From Ylistrum balloti (lineage: Eukaryota), in assembly GCF_031769215.1 (NCBI RefSeq), contig NW_026782199.1, forward strand, positions 1,426,001 to 1,490,000: a stretch of 64,000 nt of DNA, written 5' to 3'. This document shows, in pieces, positions 1 to 14,800 of this stretch. The translations under genes and the position numbers were made by a program. Below the pieces are notes generated by a model that was given only the letters and a program-made list of their open reading frames with translations, made no database searches and was not told the DNA's origin. Numbering within the stretch: the first letter of the stretch is position 1; each line of letters opens with the position of its first letter.

Positions 1-84
1 TGTGACTATAGTAAACAACATACTGGAGACCTGTTGTGTATACCATCCAAAGCAATTAGTGTCTAGTTAAGCAAGTACACAATT

Positions 85-849
85 ACTACAGTATAGACTG
101 TCCATTTCTCAGATACCTTACTAGGGACCACTATAGTATAGGACAGTCCATTTCTCAGATACCTTACTAGGTACCACTATAGTATAGGACAGTCCATTTC
201 TCATTAGTAGGGACCACTATAGTATAGGACAGTCCATTTCTCATTACTAGGGACCACTATAGTATAGAACAGTCCATTTCTCAGATACCTTACTAGGTAC
301 CACTATAGTATAGGACAGTCCATTTCTCATTACTAGGGACCACTATAGTATAGGACAGTCCATGTCTCATTAGTAGGGACCACTATAGTATAGGACAGTC
401 CATTTCTCATTAGTAGGGACCACTATAGTATAGGACAGTCCATTTCTCATTACTTGGGACCACTATAGTACAGAACAGTCCATTTCTCATTACTAGGGAC
501 CACTATAGTACAGAACAGTCCATTTCTCATTACTAGGGACCACTATAGTACAGAACAGTCCATTTCTCATTACTAGGGACCACTATAGTACAGAACAGTC
601 CATTTCTCATTACTAGGGACCACTATAGTACAGAACAGTCCATTTCTCATTACTAGGGACCACTATAGTATAGAACAGTCCATTTCTCATTATTGGGGAC
701 CACTATAGTACAGAACAGTCCATTTCTCATTACTAGGGACCACTATAGTACAGAACAGTCCATTTCTCATTACTAGGGACCACTATAGTATAGAACAGTC
801 CATTTCTCATTATTGGGGACCACTATAGTATAGGACAGTCCATTTCTCT
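85..849. repeat. 40-bp minisatellite (about 19 copies; three 46-bp variants near the start) in TRIC intron 2
   Basis: Unit TCCATTTCTCATTACTAGGGACCACTATAGTACAGAACAG recurs every 40 nt (e.g. 481-520, 521-560). The early units carry a 6-nt GATACC insertion. Confidence 0.97.
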
Positions 850-1613
850 TTTGTCTTATAAGGGATCAACAAACTATATATCTTGGATTTTGATTGAGGT
901 TTAAAATTCCAATGCTATACAAAAACTAGCAAAAGCTCTAACCACATGATAATGTAAATTTCAAGATTCAAGGACATAACTGTAGGATAGTCAGTGTGTC
1001 TTAAGCAGACAATAACTATTTCAGGAATAGTCGGACAAACATTTTAACTCATTTTAACTCTTTTCTAAAGACCAAATAAAACCCCCCAACCCCCTCTCTT
1101 CCCCATCATTTTACAAGATATTTTTTCATATATTGAGATCAAGGTGACTGACATGACCTTTTATATGGTACACTATCTACTTAATGTGGAAGTTATGACC
1201 TTGTATTTTGTATCTGTCTGTTTCTCTGGCAGTGTCAACATCAGGTGTTTCACATCCTTATCTCTGTGTGCCAGAGACAACCTTCAACTAGCCAGTACAT
1301 CTTACTGTACAGCTGACAATATAGATCTCAGTTATATACACAGTACTTGAGTGTGCAGTCCTTGTCCTAGATACCAGTATACAATACACAAGACAAAGAC
1401 TACATTAATGCATGTGCAGCAGTTTGAAGACAGTACATACATAATTAGTATTTTACTATCTACTGGTATTCTTTGTTGGCATGGTCTATTGTGCACCATA
1501 TTTAACACACACTTGTACAGACAGCACATCCAATAATGACTGATCTACAGAGTAGACCACACATACATTCTTTTCATATTACTTCAATTCTTGTACAATA
1601 TAACAGTATTTAG

Positions 1614-2128
1614 AACAAGAGGCCCACTGGTCTTAATGGTCATTTCACTATAAAGACCTATATATGAAAGATGCCACATAGGCCTAAAATAAATTGCTGA
1701 ACTACTCTACAGCTTACAAAGAAGACATTGCTGGTTCATAAAAACATTTTCTTGAATCATATTCTTTATACATGCTACTACACAAATGCCACTATTGTGA
1801 ACCTATTGCTTGTAGAAAAAGAAAATCCATTTTTTTTTTATAAAAAAAGGTCAATTATTTGAACAAATCAGTAGCCCTTAATCCACTTATATTAAAAACC
1901 CAATATCAACAGCCTGGACCTTTTTGTTATTGAGAAGAAGTTGTTTGAAGATTTTAACACATTTGACCACTGTTACCTTGAAATTAAGTCAAGGTCATTT
2001 ACTTCAACAAACTTGATAACCCTTCACCCTATCATGCTACAGGCCCAATATCAGCACCCTGGGCCTTTTGTTTTATTGAGAAGAAGTCATTTGAATAGAA
2101 AGTTTACATATAGCGGACAACGACAATG
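1614..2128. mobile_element. Degenerate non-autonomous interspersed repeat, possibly Helentron-associated (HINE-like)
   Basis: Starts AACAAGAGGCCC, has an internal duplicated block (about 1911-1960 vs 2052-2100, TTTTGTT..TTGAGAAGAAG) and ends in a CGGACAACGAC microsatellite remnant. Family assignment is by recalled resemblance to bivalve repeats, not a search. Confidence 0.35.
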
Positions 2129-5100
2129 TTTTCTTCTATGAGTTTGTTCTTGGTTTTCCTTCAGAATCATCAGGAAGTTGCTGATTTCTGCTGTTGTCAG
2201 TGTGCTACATCTTGCAAATGATTGACTCATTCTTTCTTTCCTACCTTTATTTTCCTTGATCCTGAATACAACATTATTTTTTTCTTCTTATTTTCTTTGA
2301 CTTCTCTAACCATTCTTAAATAAGTTCTGTTTAAATTTGAATTTTAGAATCCAAGACCTGCATAGGAGGTAGCTGGGTTTTTTCTTCTTTATTTCTGCTG
2401 TTACTATATTCCTCATATGATCTTTTGCTATGATCATTTTGTGAGAGGGGGGGGTTAGGTGGTTCTTTCCTTACCACAGATTTAAGGAAACCAATACAAT
2501 AAGCTGACAAAGAAATCAGCTTATCATTATGACCAGATAGACCTTCAGGTCAGGTAACTAGGAATTCGTGTTTACCTATTTAGATTAGGAGTGGTGCTTG
2601 GCCACAGGAGGTAATATACAAATGATAGGAGCCATTTGTGTACCTTGATAAATATATTTGCTAACAGAAAATATTATCTTATTGACATTCTCTTATTGGA
2701 AACCAACATCCAAATCCATTTGTCTAACATAACCAACATTCCTGTACATAGACCTTGTGTAGTATTGGAGCCTGCTCATTATATCTGTATGTAACCCACT
2801 AATGGTGCCATATATACATGTTTGATAACTTCAAACATTTAATCAAGATTCATCAAAAACTTGTAAAAATATTATTACATCAAGAGTTCTACATGAAAAG
2901 TTTGCAGGAACCTTACACATCACAGCTTCTATCATCATGGGTGTATCTAACTAGACATTATGTATACTAATGAGCCATATGAAGAAAAACATCATGTTTC
3001 CAAACATCTGGAAACTTGTTGAATATACATTGTATAAAGAAAGTATATGAAGCAGATTTACTGAACTCAAAGTACTAAGTTTTCATTACTTTTACATGCA
3101 AGAGAAATAGTATGGCAATTTCTACTGTGTTCACCACTGGCTGATCCATCAACTTCAGTCATTAGGCAGCCTCTGTACTCTGATAACACCACATATGTTT
3201 AGTATTGAATAAGAGATACCACAACATGTATCTCAGCTCGGAACTTCTATTTTTATTCACAGATAAACTACAATTAAAGCATTTTGATGAGGTCAATATT
3301 GTGTTTTATCTATCTGAACATATATTTTTGAACAATTGAAGATGTGAAATAATCCCATTCCAGACATATATAAATTATGACCTTGGATTTTTAACTCTAT
3401 GCTAAGGTGAAAGATATAAATAATATGCGAGTATGCAAAGTCAAACCAAAGCATTATACACTCTTGAATGGATGGTGAGAATTAATTCTGCCCTTGGCCT
3501 TTTCTTAACAGGAATAAAAAGGCAAGCCAATCATCTAAATTTACATCAGTATAAAAAGGCAAAATAATACTTATTTTGTGCAAGCAGTATTGGGATAAAT
3601 GAGACTTATTCCTGTTCCGTTTCTGTAAAATGATTAAGACCAGATGCAGCCACAGGAACCCTAAGTAAGACTGACATTGTGTATAAACCTAGGCTGTAAG
3701 GTTGTGTGTCAGACAGTGTTTGGTACATGGTTAACTTCTAACACCATCATCATCACAATCCTTAAACTTACCAGCATTTTGATAGCACCATGACTAAGTG
3801 AATAAAGGATTTTTCCTTTCCCGTCCTAAAGCAATTACAATTGACAATACAAATTTCAATACTGTAGTAATTCTTAAAAACACAAAACAAAAAATCTTAA
3901 TAATGTTATGTTGTAAAGTACCTGTTGGTAGTAATAAATTTTCCTTTGTAGACATAGACAACTGTTTTTTGTTAAGAGGTTCTAAATCTCAACAGAATAA
4001 AAAAAATAGACAACAGACTCAATATCGTGACAATACAATTTGAGTCAGCTTTGTTTCTGTGAATAAATTCAATGTAGATTATATATGCATATCTGTGTAG
4101 AGTAAATGACATACATATTCAACGTGAAAATTTATTTCAATATGTCTGCTATTAATTAAGTTTTAATTTCATTATAATGTACATCGGTATAATGAAAACC
4201 ATACAAGTATGACTCTGATCACATCTCTATGACTCAAAGTGTTAATTAACTGAGGAGAAAAACTAAGTTGACAGCCAGGCAGTTGTGAAGACACTCAACT
4301 GTGAAGATGAATGGATACCATACTTAATCAGGTTTATCTGGGTGTTGGCCACCAGAGTTCTTATAACTCCTGTACCCTGACAAATGAGTGCGGCACTCTT
4401 TTGGAATCAATACCTTTGCCAATTCTGATGTGTTGAGGTGTCTTACTTGAAGCAGTAATTATATTCAGATGGCAAGACAAAACAAATTTCAAGCACATAG
4501 CATAGGATAGAACAACACCTTCCTGTAACTTATAGCCTTTGAAAGATTTTTTGGTATCAATGTCAGTCTGACAGTTCTCTACTTAGAGGGGAAAGGATTA
4601 TCAATTAACATTCTCTTTCCAAAAGACTCCCAAAGACACCACTTATGGCTCTCTCGCTCTCTTTCTTTCCTCCAACTCCCTCACACTCTGAGCAAATAAT
4701 CCAGTTGGATAAAACAATGCCATCATTACAATAATAATTATTTCGATGCGAGTTACATGTATTTTGAAATCAATCAATGTAAGTTTGAACAAGGTCTGGT
4801 AGGAATACATAAAGGGCTATAACTCTGTATCCAAAGGGGGATATGTACAAGAGAGAAATATATTTGATACATTTTGTAATTTCCAGATGCATCTTCATGT
4901 TAATCAATTGTCAGTGTTGTGGTATAAAACAGAGTAAAGTATGGTTAACAGGGGACACACAAGTAAGGTTGTATCTGGAAGACAAGGTTTCAAACACGTC
5001 ATCATGTGATATGCTACCATCATATAAGATATTTCCATTGGAAATTATCCAGGTACTGCAATCTTACTGAGTCATGTTCATTTGTCAGTTAAAAAAATAC

Positions 5101-5210
5101 TACCTATCAAATATAAGTAGGAGTTACTTACACTGAAAAAATGTCTAGGTACTGCAATAATACAAAAATACCCATCAAGAATATGCATTACAGGAATTGT
5201 ATGTACTTAC

Positions 5211-8200
5211 CAGACTGCTGTTGCTGTAAGGATGCTTCGGTGATCTTTGAAGGGTGACAACATACTCTCCCCTAGCAACATATTAGCTATTATACTACCT
5301 CCAAAACAAAGCAGCATACTGGAAAGCCAACAAGATAGAGGATGTTTTCTGGAAAATGGTGACCCTGAAAAACACCAAAAACAGATTTTTTTATTTTTTT
5401 GTTTTTAATACATGATTTCAATGTACAGTGTATGTTGTCTTCACAAAATATACATCAAGCAATTTCTCGAAATTAGCTGGATGAGAAAATTTGGAAATGA
5501 ACATGTTTCAGTTTTCATATTTATTTTGAAAACCTACAGAGGCTAAATCACACAGAATATTTTCATTCGCAGGCAAATCTAGGTTTAAGATAAGAAAAGT
5601 GTAGCTGATCAAAAAACATACTGAGGTAATTCTAATACACTGTAAACAAAAAAGTTAGCCCTATAAAAAACATGATTTTACACTTATTATAAACCTCAAG
5701 CTAATTGCTGTCTGCTTGTCTGCTTTCACCTGTCAAGGCAACAGGTAATATATATAAAGAGAGTTAGTATACTTTGTATATTTATGATATTTATAACAAG
5801 CACCTGATATCATGTCAATTTACATTCACAGTTCAATAATCTAGAATATTGATATCTATTTCAGTTTCTTTTTAAACAGTGTAAAATAATATGTTATTGA
5901 AATTGGCCAAATGTCAAAAGAAACATTGTAAAATAAATTATGTTATTGATCCACTGTATAAGGCCATACTAATAATAAAATTTCCTGTGGAAATTTAATT
6001 TCTGATGGAGTGTTAAGCACTGAACAGCCATTATAATGCAGAATTACACGTGTATTGGATCCTCCATACCGGTAAGCATGGAGTTGTCAATACCCTTGAG
6101 ATGTGAATTATCCCATAACTTTATCAATAACATCAGATACAGTAGCTTGAGCATTGAGAGAAAATTTGATCATTTTCTGACGATGAACAAAAACAAGAGG
6201 TCCATAGTGCCTATCCCTCATTTGGATCTTAAAGTCCAGCAATGCTATACATACCTATAGGTTGGGTATTTCAAATATTTCCAAATCAAAGCGCATTCAC
6301 TAAACCATGTTGATGGGGAAAAACAATGGGTAAATTCTTAAATAATGACTGTCTTTATCTCTTGATACCCTATAAGAGTTTATATGGTTATCAGGTTGGT
6401 ATCTTAATTACATCAAAAATATTACCTAGAAATAATGTCCCTAGAGGTGTGCCAAACCCAAAAGTCAATTCTTATATAAAGAATGTGTTTATCTCTTGAT
6501 GCCAAGAAGTTATATATATGGTTATGGGGTGGGCATTTCAACTGTTTCAAAGATATAACATATTTTTCCTTTTGAGGCCTTTCCCTTCTGCCCAAGGGGA
6601 CAAAGACCTATCATTTATACAAAACTAATTCCTATTTCATCCAAACATGGGCCTGTTCTTACATCATGAATGTGTTTCTCTCCTGATGCCCAGCATTGCT
6701 ATATATGGTTTAGGAGTAGGAATCTCAACTCTTTCAAAAATATTACCATGAAAGTGAGTCCCTAGGAGTTGGGCCAACCCAGGGTCAATTCTTACATCAT
6801 GATTGTGTTTATCTTTTGGTGCCCAGCATGTTATCTATGGTTATGGGTTGGGGATCTCAACTGCTTCTAGGATATAACCTAGAAACTATGTATTAAGGGA
6901 TGGGGCCAGACCCAAGGGTCAATTCTTACATTGTAATCATGTTCATCTCTTGATCCCAAACATGCTATATATATTGGTTATGGGGTGGGGATCTCAGCAG
7001 CTTCAAAGACATAAAAATGAAACTAAGTCCCTAGAGAGGGGGACACTCTTGGCCAATTTTTAAATCATGATTGAATTTATCTCTTGATGCCTAGCAATGC
7101 TATAACATATGGTTATGGGGTGAGGATCTCAACTATTTCAAAGATATAACACATTTCTCCTATCAAGTCCTTCCCCTCCAGTCCAAGGAGGCCAAGAGTC
7201 ATCATTTACACAAAAATAATTCCCCTTTCACCCAAACATGCTATAGACAAAATCTAATCATTCCTATAGGAGGAGTATATTTTCAAAGAATTAGTTCGAC
7301 TTCCCCTAGTGGGCCCATCCCCACCCCTCTCGTCTCATGGGACAGAGACCCATCATCTATACAAAATTGATTTTCTTCACCAAAAGATGCTTCTGACCAA
7401 ATTTGGGACTTTACAATAAAGAGTACATTAAATTCTTACAGCAGATCTTGCAATGAAAATCTCAGCCTATTGGGTTCCAAGACTTTTGATAGTTGATAAA
7501 AACACATCAGGCAGTATTTGTTTGTGAGGTTTGTGACTATGGATGAAACATGGGTCCATCATTTCACCACAGATGCCAAACAACATTCTAAACAATTAAA
7601 GCAAACTGGCTCACCCACCCTCCCCACCCTCCCAAACAGGGCAAAGACTATTCCATCCGCTGGAAAGGTTATGGGACGCTGATGGTATTCTGATGATAGA
7701 TTATTTGCAAAAAGGACAAACAATCAATGGCATCATTTCTCAGGCAGTTAAAGTAAAAATTAAACTCAAGTGCTGCGGAAAAGGTGTTGTTCCACCAAGA
7801 CAATGCCCCTGTTCACAAGCCTATTGCCATGATATGGCTGCCATTAACATTTATCACTTTGAACTGACTGAGCATCTGCCTTATTTGCCTGATCTTGCAC
7901 CATCAGACTTTTATCTATTTTTAAAATCGAAAAAGGCAATTTTCAGTACCTACATTTGTCAGATAATTATGTCATACATGCAGTGGAGGACTTTCTGAAC
8001 AGTCAAGAAAAGGACTTTAAGAGTAGAATTGAGGCCCTTAACATCGCTGGCAAAAGCGTATACAGGTACTGACAACTATGTTGAAAAATAATGCAATATG
8101 TCCGCCAAAAGTCACACCCTTAAATATGAGACTCACAGCTTATCAATCAGCCCTCATACATATCCAAATATTTAGTGTCTACCCAAAGCATTCTCATGCA

Positions 8201-10508
8201 ATTTTCAAAGAAGCGTTGTTAAAGTCAAGATATTTCTCCTATATAAATCATACATCATGATTTGCTAAAATAAAACCTTTGGTCTACTTCCATCCACTAA
8301 ATTTGTCCATCATATTTTTTGTCAGGCCTGTTTTACTTATTGAATGACAATAAAAAGCTATATATGTGTATTTATATGTAAACAGTATCTGTACATTTTT
8401 GGTACATCTCTACTTTATCCAGGAATGAAATCTGCTGATTTTTCAGCTATCTAAGAAAGGAACTTATGCAACTACCAAATGTTATCTTTTATAGATCTCC
8501 ACCCGGGATCCAGTCCAAATCCTTGGCCTTGGTTGTTTGACTCTACGCAATTTAAGCTGAATGGATAATTTCCCTGCAGACTGAGTGAGAAGGGTCCATT
8601 TCTTAACCGGTATTACAATGTTTACAGTGCATGCTTGCATGAATACACCAGCAACTAGAAAAGTATTTCTGCTGTTTCATTTTTTACTATTGACATTGTA
8701 GCCATTTTTACAAGACAAAAGCTGAAAGAGTATCATTAGATCATTAATCATTCTATACTTATATTTCATTTTTTTGCATTCAGTATTTTGAGAAAGTAAA
8801 TAGGGTCAACTATTTTTCCAAATATGTGATAAGGAACAGCCACATGCCAACTGATTTGTATTTCATAAGTGAAATTCCACTTGATATATGCATTGTTGTG
8901 ATGCATGCTTCTTACTAATATGTTACCCGCAGCTAAACATATAAATCAGTCCCAATGATTGGTAATTATATAAGCAATTGACTGTTTATTTAGGCATTTA
9001 TCACGGAGACCACAGGATCGGGCATGGTTATACTGTACATGTACATAAACAACAGATGGTTTTGGTACATACCACTACACTTGTAGGGTCCAACTGATCA
9101 TAGTGTTACATATGTACACTAGACAAGAGCTCTGAGGTAGATATATTTACCAGTCCCAGGCAAATGTTTGGTTTCTTAGATACTAGCTGACAAAGTAATG
9201 CCAGTACCAGAAGATTGTGTTTATAAATAATAGTTGGTACATAAAGTACAAATTCCTTAGAATCCAAGCAGGCAGGTGACATTATAATGGGGATAGGATA
9301 TTGTATGAAATTATCTTAAAGACTACACAGCAGTTTCATCAGGACTGATGATATAGAAGTAAACTGCAAAACTCTTTACAGCAGTATTCATGCAGTTTGA
9401 ATACTGTAAACTGATTCTACAGAGGCTTACAAATTAGTACAGTAAATATGACCAGTGACCTTAGTCCTATCTAATGAGCTCTAAATCTGTTAGAGCTATT
9501 TGTATGATTTATTAATCACTCCAATGTAATTGATTTACAACTTACCGGTAATCATTAATTGATTATGGAATGTTTCATTATTACCATGTTTTATTCATTA
9601 GAATAATAACAATGTTCCATATCTAACCAATTCTGCATACTTCCCTTCTTTATCATCAACACTACCAACACAATACATAAAACGTTATATATTTAACCAA
9701 GTAAATAATGTGTATCATCATTATCTTAATTACCCAGGATTGTCGTTCAGAGATGTGCAATGTATATGATTCTGTAAATTTCTTCAAAGTCTCTATCTTC
9801 TTTTTAAATTATTAACATAAGTCTCAATTCAATCATGCTTCACGGAACAAAACTAAAATGCTCAAATTTGTGAGCTATGACTGCCCTTTCAAGATGTTAG
9901 ACAATATTTCTAATCTTGTTTTTATATTATCTGATTCCATTTAAATTTTGCAGTAAATAATCCTTTTCATTCATAAATCAGCATGGTCCAAACAGCTTGA
10001 CTAGATTTGCTTGATGATGATGCTGCAACGATGGTCCTAGTGATTAAATTTTTCTTTCATTCATTAATTGTAACAGAGATTCCGGCCAATATGTTACCTT
10101 TAGCATGTCAATCATGGTTTATACCAAAATTCTTAAACTTAAAAAAAAAAAAAAAAATATATATCATTTTCTGTAGTCTGCAACTGTTGGAACTTATTAC
10201 ACTGACAATCTTTGAAATTAAAAACAAAGATTTTAGTCATCATTAACATTAACCCAAAACAACCTAAACAGTTAATCTAGGGCTCAGTACACATGCTATT
10301 AACCAACAATGAAAATATTTGCATTAACAAATTTCAAGGTCAAAATTATCTCCCTTGGGTCAACTGATATTTTGAGTCTGTAAAATTGGAACCAAAACTT
10401 GCTGCCTCTTCAATCAAAGGTACTTGTAAAAGGAAGTGTTTAAACTTCAATTTTATAGTTGATAATTAAAAAACTAATAAGTATTTATTCATTCAAACAT
10501 TTTAATAA

Positions 10509-10586
<78 letters not shown>

Positions 10587-11560
10587 ACAATTCTGTAAGA
10601 AAATATTATTCATGATAACCAAATCACTTATTAGTATGATTAACATATGTTGTATATTACATCTATAAAACCATCAAGATCTCAGTCTTAATGAGATTGA
10701 GCAGTAAGGCTCTAATGACTTGTTAGCTTCTGATAAGGATCTAAAATAAACAATGTCTGACTACAGTTATCACAAAGAAAACACCGGCATGACATAAACG
10801 TTACTAATAGATAATTGGTGTTTATATCATTTCAAGTGTCTTTATTGTAATATAACATGCGAAAACACTGCACCTGCTGCTGATCTGTTTATATCTATAA
10901 CCCTACCTAACACTAATAATGGTATCACCCATCAGGAATAGAACTGGATCTCCATATAATTTGATAGGGACCATATCATATGGGTTCGGTTTTTAGGTGT
11001 GAACAAGTCCTTGTAGTGTACAGTACTGCAGCAGTAAGCGTAGATATAAGTCAAAAGTAACAGTTTCCCTTTTCAAATATTTCTACATCACCTTCGGAAT
11101 TTCCACCGATACGGTAAACGAGAGAAACGTGTTGCTTTATTAAAATGGTCTGGTTTCGTTTTCTGATCAGATAATATGATCTCGCTGCTAACGGCATTGA
11201 ACGGCCTAACACTGTAAACTCCACACCAATCAGAAAAGAACAACTCAGCACCGGCATCATCATGGCTTTACTTAGGCATGCTGACCGATCTATTTATAGA
11301 TACAGTGAAAGTTCAATAAAACATATTAAAAATATCTGTATTTTTTATAACACAGAAAAAAATCGTACACATTAATTATTTATCTAACAAAAGTATCAAA
11401 TGAGAGTGAAGCTGAAATGGCTGTCCTTACCTGAACTGGTTTGTGGAATATCCTCTCTCACCGCCATGCACATCAATGTGTAATGTGCTATATCGAAAAA
11501 CGGATACATCTTTAGTTTTGTGACCTTAGTGGCAATGTCTAGAAATGTTTGTGGATCCAT
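5211..11560 (-). CDS. TMEM38: Trimeric intracellular cation channel (TRIC/TMEM38 family), 5' part only (exons 1-2)
   Basis: Exon 1 11560-11431 (MDPQTFLDIATKVTKLKMYPFFDIAHYTLMCMAVREDIPQTSS, phase 1, donor GTAAGG). Exon 2 5364-5211 (GSPFSRKHPLSCWLSSMLLCFGGSIIANMLLGESMLSPFKDHRSILTATAVW, donor GTAAGT). FSRKHPLSCWLSSML is the invertebrate TRIC signature. Exon 3 was not found in 1-5210, so the gene probably continues left of the window. Confidence 0.93.
6192..7430. repeat. Degenerate tandem array of about 135-bp subunits, probably inside a non-autonomous element
   Basis: Motif TTTATCTCTTGATGCCCAGCA..TATATGGTTATGGGGTGGG..TCTCAACT recurs near 6386, 6520, 6707, 6839, 6976 and 7111. The left end AACAAGAGG matches the start of the 1614 element. 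Confidence 0.55.
7432..8158 (+). mobile_element. Tc1/mariner (mariner-type) transposase pseudogene fragment, 5'-truncated, with right TIR
   Basis: Frameshifted motifs in order: WVPRLL, VTMDETWVHHF, KTIPSAGKVM, DGILMIDYLQKGQTING, FHQDNAPVH, HLPYLPDLAPSDFYLF, HRWQKRI..YVEK*. TIR-like end CTTATCAATCAGCCCTCA followed by TA at 8157-8158. Confidence 0.9.
10509..10586. repeat. Perfect (GAT)26 microsatellite in TRIC intron 1
   Basis: 78 nt of uninterrupted GAT; it explains the poly-Met ORF 10459-10668. Confidence 0.99.
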
Positions 11561-11899
11561 GTTTGTTTAAACTTAGTGGTGTCCCTTCTTGGGCCTAGAG
11601 GAAGGATGCTTGCTGGTGCCGGTGCGACGATGTGGCCACCTATGTAGACCGATTCCGAGATAAGGGGACACAACTCATAAAATTTTATCTTACGATAAAC
11701 TAGGTGTCAGTAGCAATAAAACAGATCCATTCAGAATAATCTTATAATAAAATCGATTGAATTTGATTTTATCCGTACAGATGTCACTCTTAAACATGAA
11801 AACAGTGTTTTTATTTTCCATCAATTATGAAATATTTAATAAAGTATCTGAAAACCTAAGATTGTGAATCTCATTGATTTTCATTTAATATCATTGAGC

Positions 11900-14800
11900 G
11901 ATTTGATAAATGCAGGCTAAAATCCTCTATATCCATATGATAATTATATTCAACATAGTATCAATGACTTAACTTATGAAATGTAAATATAATTTTAATT
12001 AAAAATAAATTATGTTCAAATGTCGCACATTTTTTTGCCTTTACGACATGAACAGGTAGATTATTACATACGTCTACAACTCTAAACGTGAAATAATTTC
12101 GCCTGTGTTCTGTACTATATTGGTTTTTGTACAAAAATAATGCCATCGAGTTCTTTCATAGCAGGCTTTAAGGTAACACTTTCATCAAAATGTTTGAAAA
12201 TCATCTTATAGGCAGTTATCAAGTCTTCTCTCATTCTTCTATACTTCAGAGTGGGAAACTGTAGCTTCTCTTGTCGCTCCGACCTCATATGATAATTCTT
12301 TAAATCTTTCTATAGTTTCCAAAGTTTAATCCATCATCAACCATCACACCCAGGTCTTTTTCAGTTCTAATACTTTCAAATGATATTTCCTTTCTTTTGC
12401 CCTGATTTCCTTATATATATAAATTTTAATTTATCAGGTTGAAATTTGAATAACCAACAATTTAACCATTTCTACAGTTGATCCAAATCCTGTGGTAGAA
12501 TATACGGTATAATTTCATGTCAAAAGTTAAACAACGGGGCATGGTGATACCGTTGGTATAAATGACAAATATAATCGGCCACAGGACACTTCCTTGTGAA
12601 ATTCCATTGCGTACCTAGTGATTTGTGATGATGAATAATTTATAACTACCCTTTGATGTCTATTATTCAAATTTTCAGTACTGTATACTGTATATGGTCT
12701 AATTCCATATTTGTGAAATTTGTGTATGAGGCAACGATGGGAAACATTATGAAAAACCTCCAGCAAGTCTATATATATAACATAGATTTTCCCTCATGAA
12801 TCCAACATCTTAGTAAAAATTTTCAGAACCCTCAACATCTGTGTTGTTGATCTTCCAAGAATGAAACCGAATTGTTTGTTGCTGAACAGATTATTTTCCT
12901 GTATATGTAATACAATTTTATCTTAGATAAGCGTTTCACACACCTTTACTTAGATACCTGTGAGACTTACTGGGCTACATTCCCTGGGTCCACTTCGGGT
13001 TACTTTTTGTAAATGGCTGAGATATTAGCATCTTTCTTAGGTTGTGGTAATTTTCCTTCTTTCAATAGTTTATTAAATATCGTTTTCAGTGATTTGCTTA
13101 GGACGTCCGCAGGTTCTTTCAGTGCTTTTGGGTACATATCATCGAATTGTTGCTTTTCGGTTCTTTAAGGTGTGTATGTGTTTTTTTTGTTGTTGCACGT
13201 TAAAGTGTTTCCTGGAAATGTTAAATCAACTTTCTGTTTTAAAATTTTGGTATTTCGCTTATTGGTTCCACTGTTAAGACACTGGTGAAACTTTATCTGT
13301 ACCGTTTGTAGCTACTTTGTGCCTCGTACCCGTTTGATCCTTTTGGGTCCCCCTATTCCTGACTTTGTTTTCCATTTTTAATTTCTGTATTGCCAGAAGT
13401 GCTTTAGCTGTTGTTTAATGTTGTTTGCTCTGTTTTTTAAAGTCCTTCCTTGTTTTCCGTATCTCCCATTTAACCTAATTTCTATACCTCAAGTATTCTT
13501 TATATATATTTGCAGGTTTGGTTTCCATATATCGAGTCCATGACCTGCGCTTTTTGTTAATTTTCTTGGTAACTTAATCACTTAATGAATTCTTGGGAGA
13601 ACTTGTTTTCTTTGGTACATATCTATATGCTGATGTGTTAAGGATATTCAGGAAATTATCATATGCTTCCTCAAAGTCTTAATCAAATAGGAAGTTCCAG
13701 TTAACGTTTTGAAGATCCTGTTTCATCTCATTGTAATAATGTAAATTTGAAAGATAACACTAGATGGTCAGTGATACCGAATGGACATTCATACTCTATA
13801 TTACGTACGTCTTCTCATTACTGAGGATATTTGACTTGCATCCTGACCTTATTCAAGTGTTTTCCTTAGTATGTTGTTACAAGGAGTTATCTCTCAGAAA
13901 TTCCATAAAAGGGTCCCAGAGCAAATTTCTTTTTGATTGCCATGTATTCCAATTTATTTAAGGAAAATTGTAATAATAAAAGATCAGGATTTTTTGTAAG
14001 TTTAAATACTGATCACAAGATTGTACATATCTTCATTGTTCACATTATCAGAGTTGGGTTTTTGTATGTATAACCAGTAAGAATTTGTCCACTTGGTAAA
14101 TATGTCTAAACCCAAATAATTACCTTGAAATTGCTTTCCATTGAAACTGCCACATGATTTAAGCTCTTTTTTTACAGATCTTCACCACAATATTGATTTG
14201 CATCATACACATTTTACAAACAGCTGGTATCCTAGGAATGAAGGACTGCTTTACTTGGCAGGTATCTGAAGATTTGGGGATAAATTTTGGTAATTCCTAT
14301 TACATTGAACTTATATGTATCATTATGGATCTTGATTTCATTCCATCTAGTTTATTTAAAATGCTATCCGCATTTGTGTGTTAAGACTGTTAAGACTTTC
14401 TATTCCACCGATTGTTTGAAGTTTGGTGTCTCCGTTGTTTGATATTTTCCCCTTTGGTAACCAAATTATTTTTCTGTTTCATGGTGATCCTCTCATACTG
14501 TATATGCCTTCCCCAGAATTCATGTTGGGTTTCCTTTTAGCCTCCTCTTGTAGTTCCATATCCTTTTTCTTTCAGTCTTTGTTAATTGATTCCACATCTG
14601 TATTAAATCATTCCGCCATTTCAGTTCCTTTATATTCTTTTTCTCCTCCACTGTAGAAAAGGACACCAAATCTAGTCTTTGATTTGATAGTTCCCTTTGG
14701 TTTTATCAAATTTCCAAGTACTTTTGTGATGTTACAAATATATCCAATGGTAGTTTGCATGCGTCCAGCATTGCCTTCTCATCCCTCTCTTTTTGCTCAC

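Noticed and set aside
3906-3921. Candidate TRIC exon 3 (CAACAG|G TAC TTT, giving WYF)
   Set aside because: A stop codon (TAA) follows after YFTT and there is no YSPFD-like continuation.
10459-10668. Poly-methionine ORF
   Set aside because: It is a translation of the (GAT)26 microsatellite.
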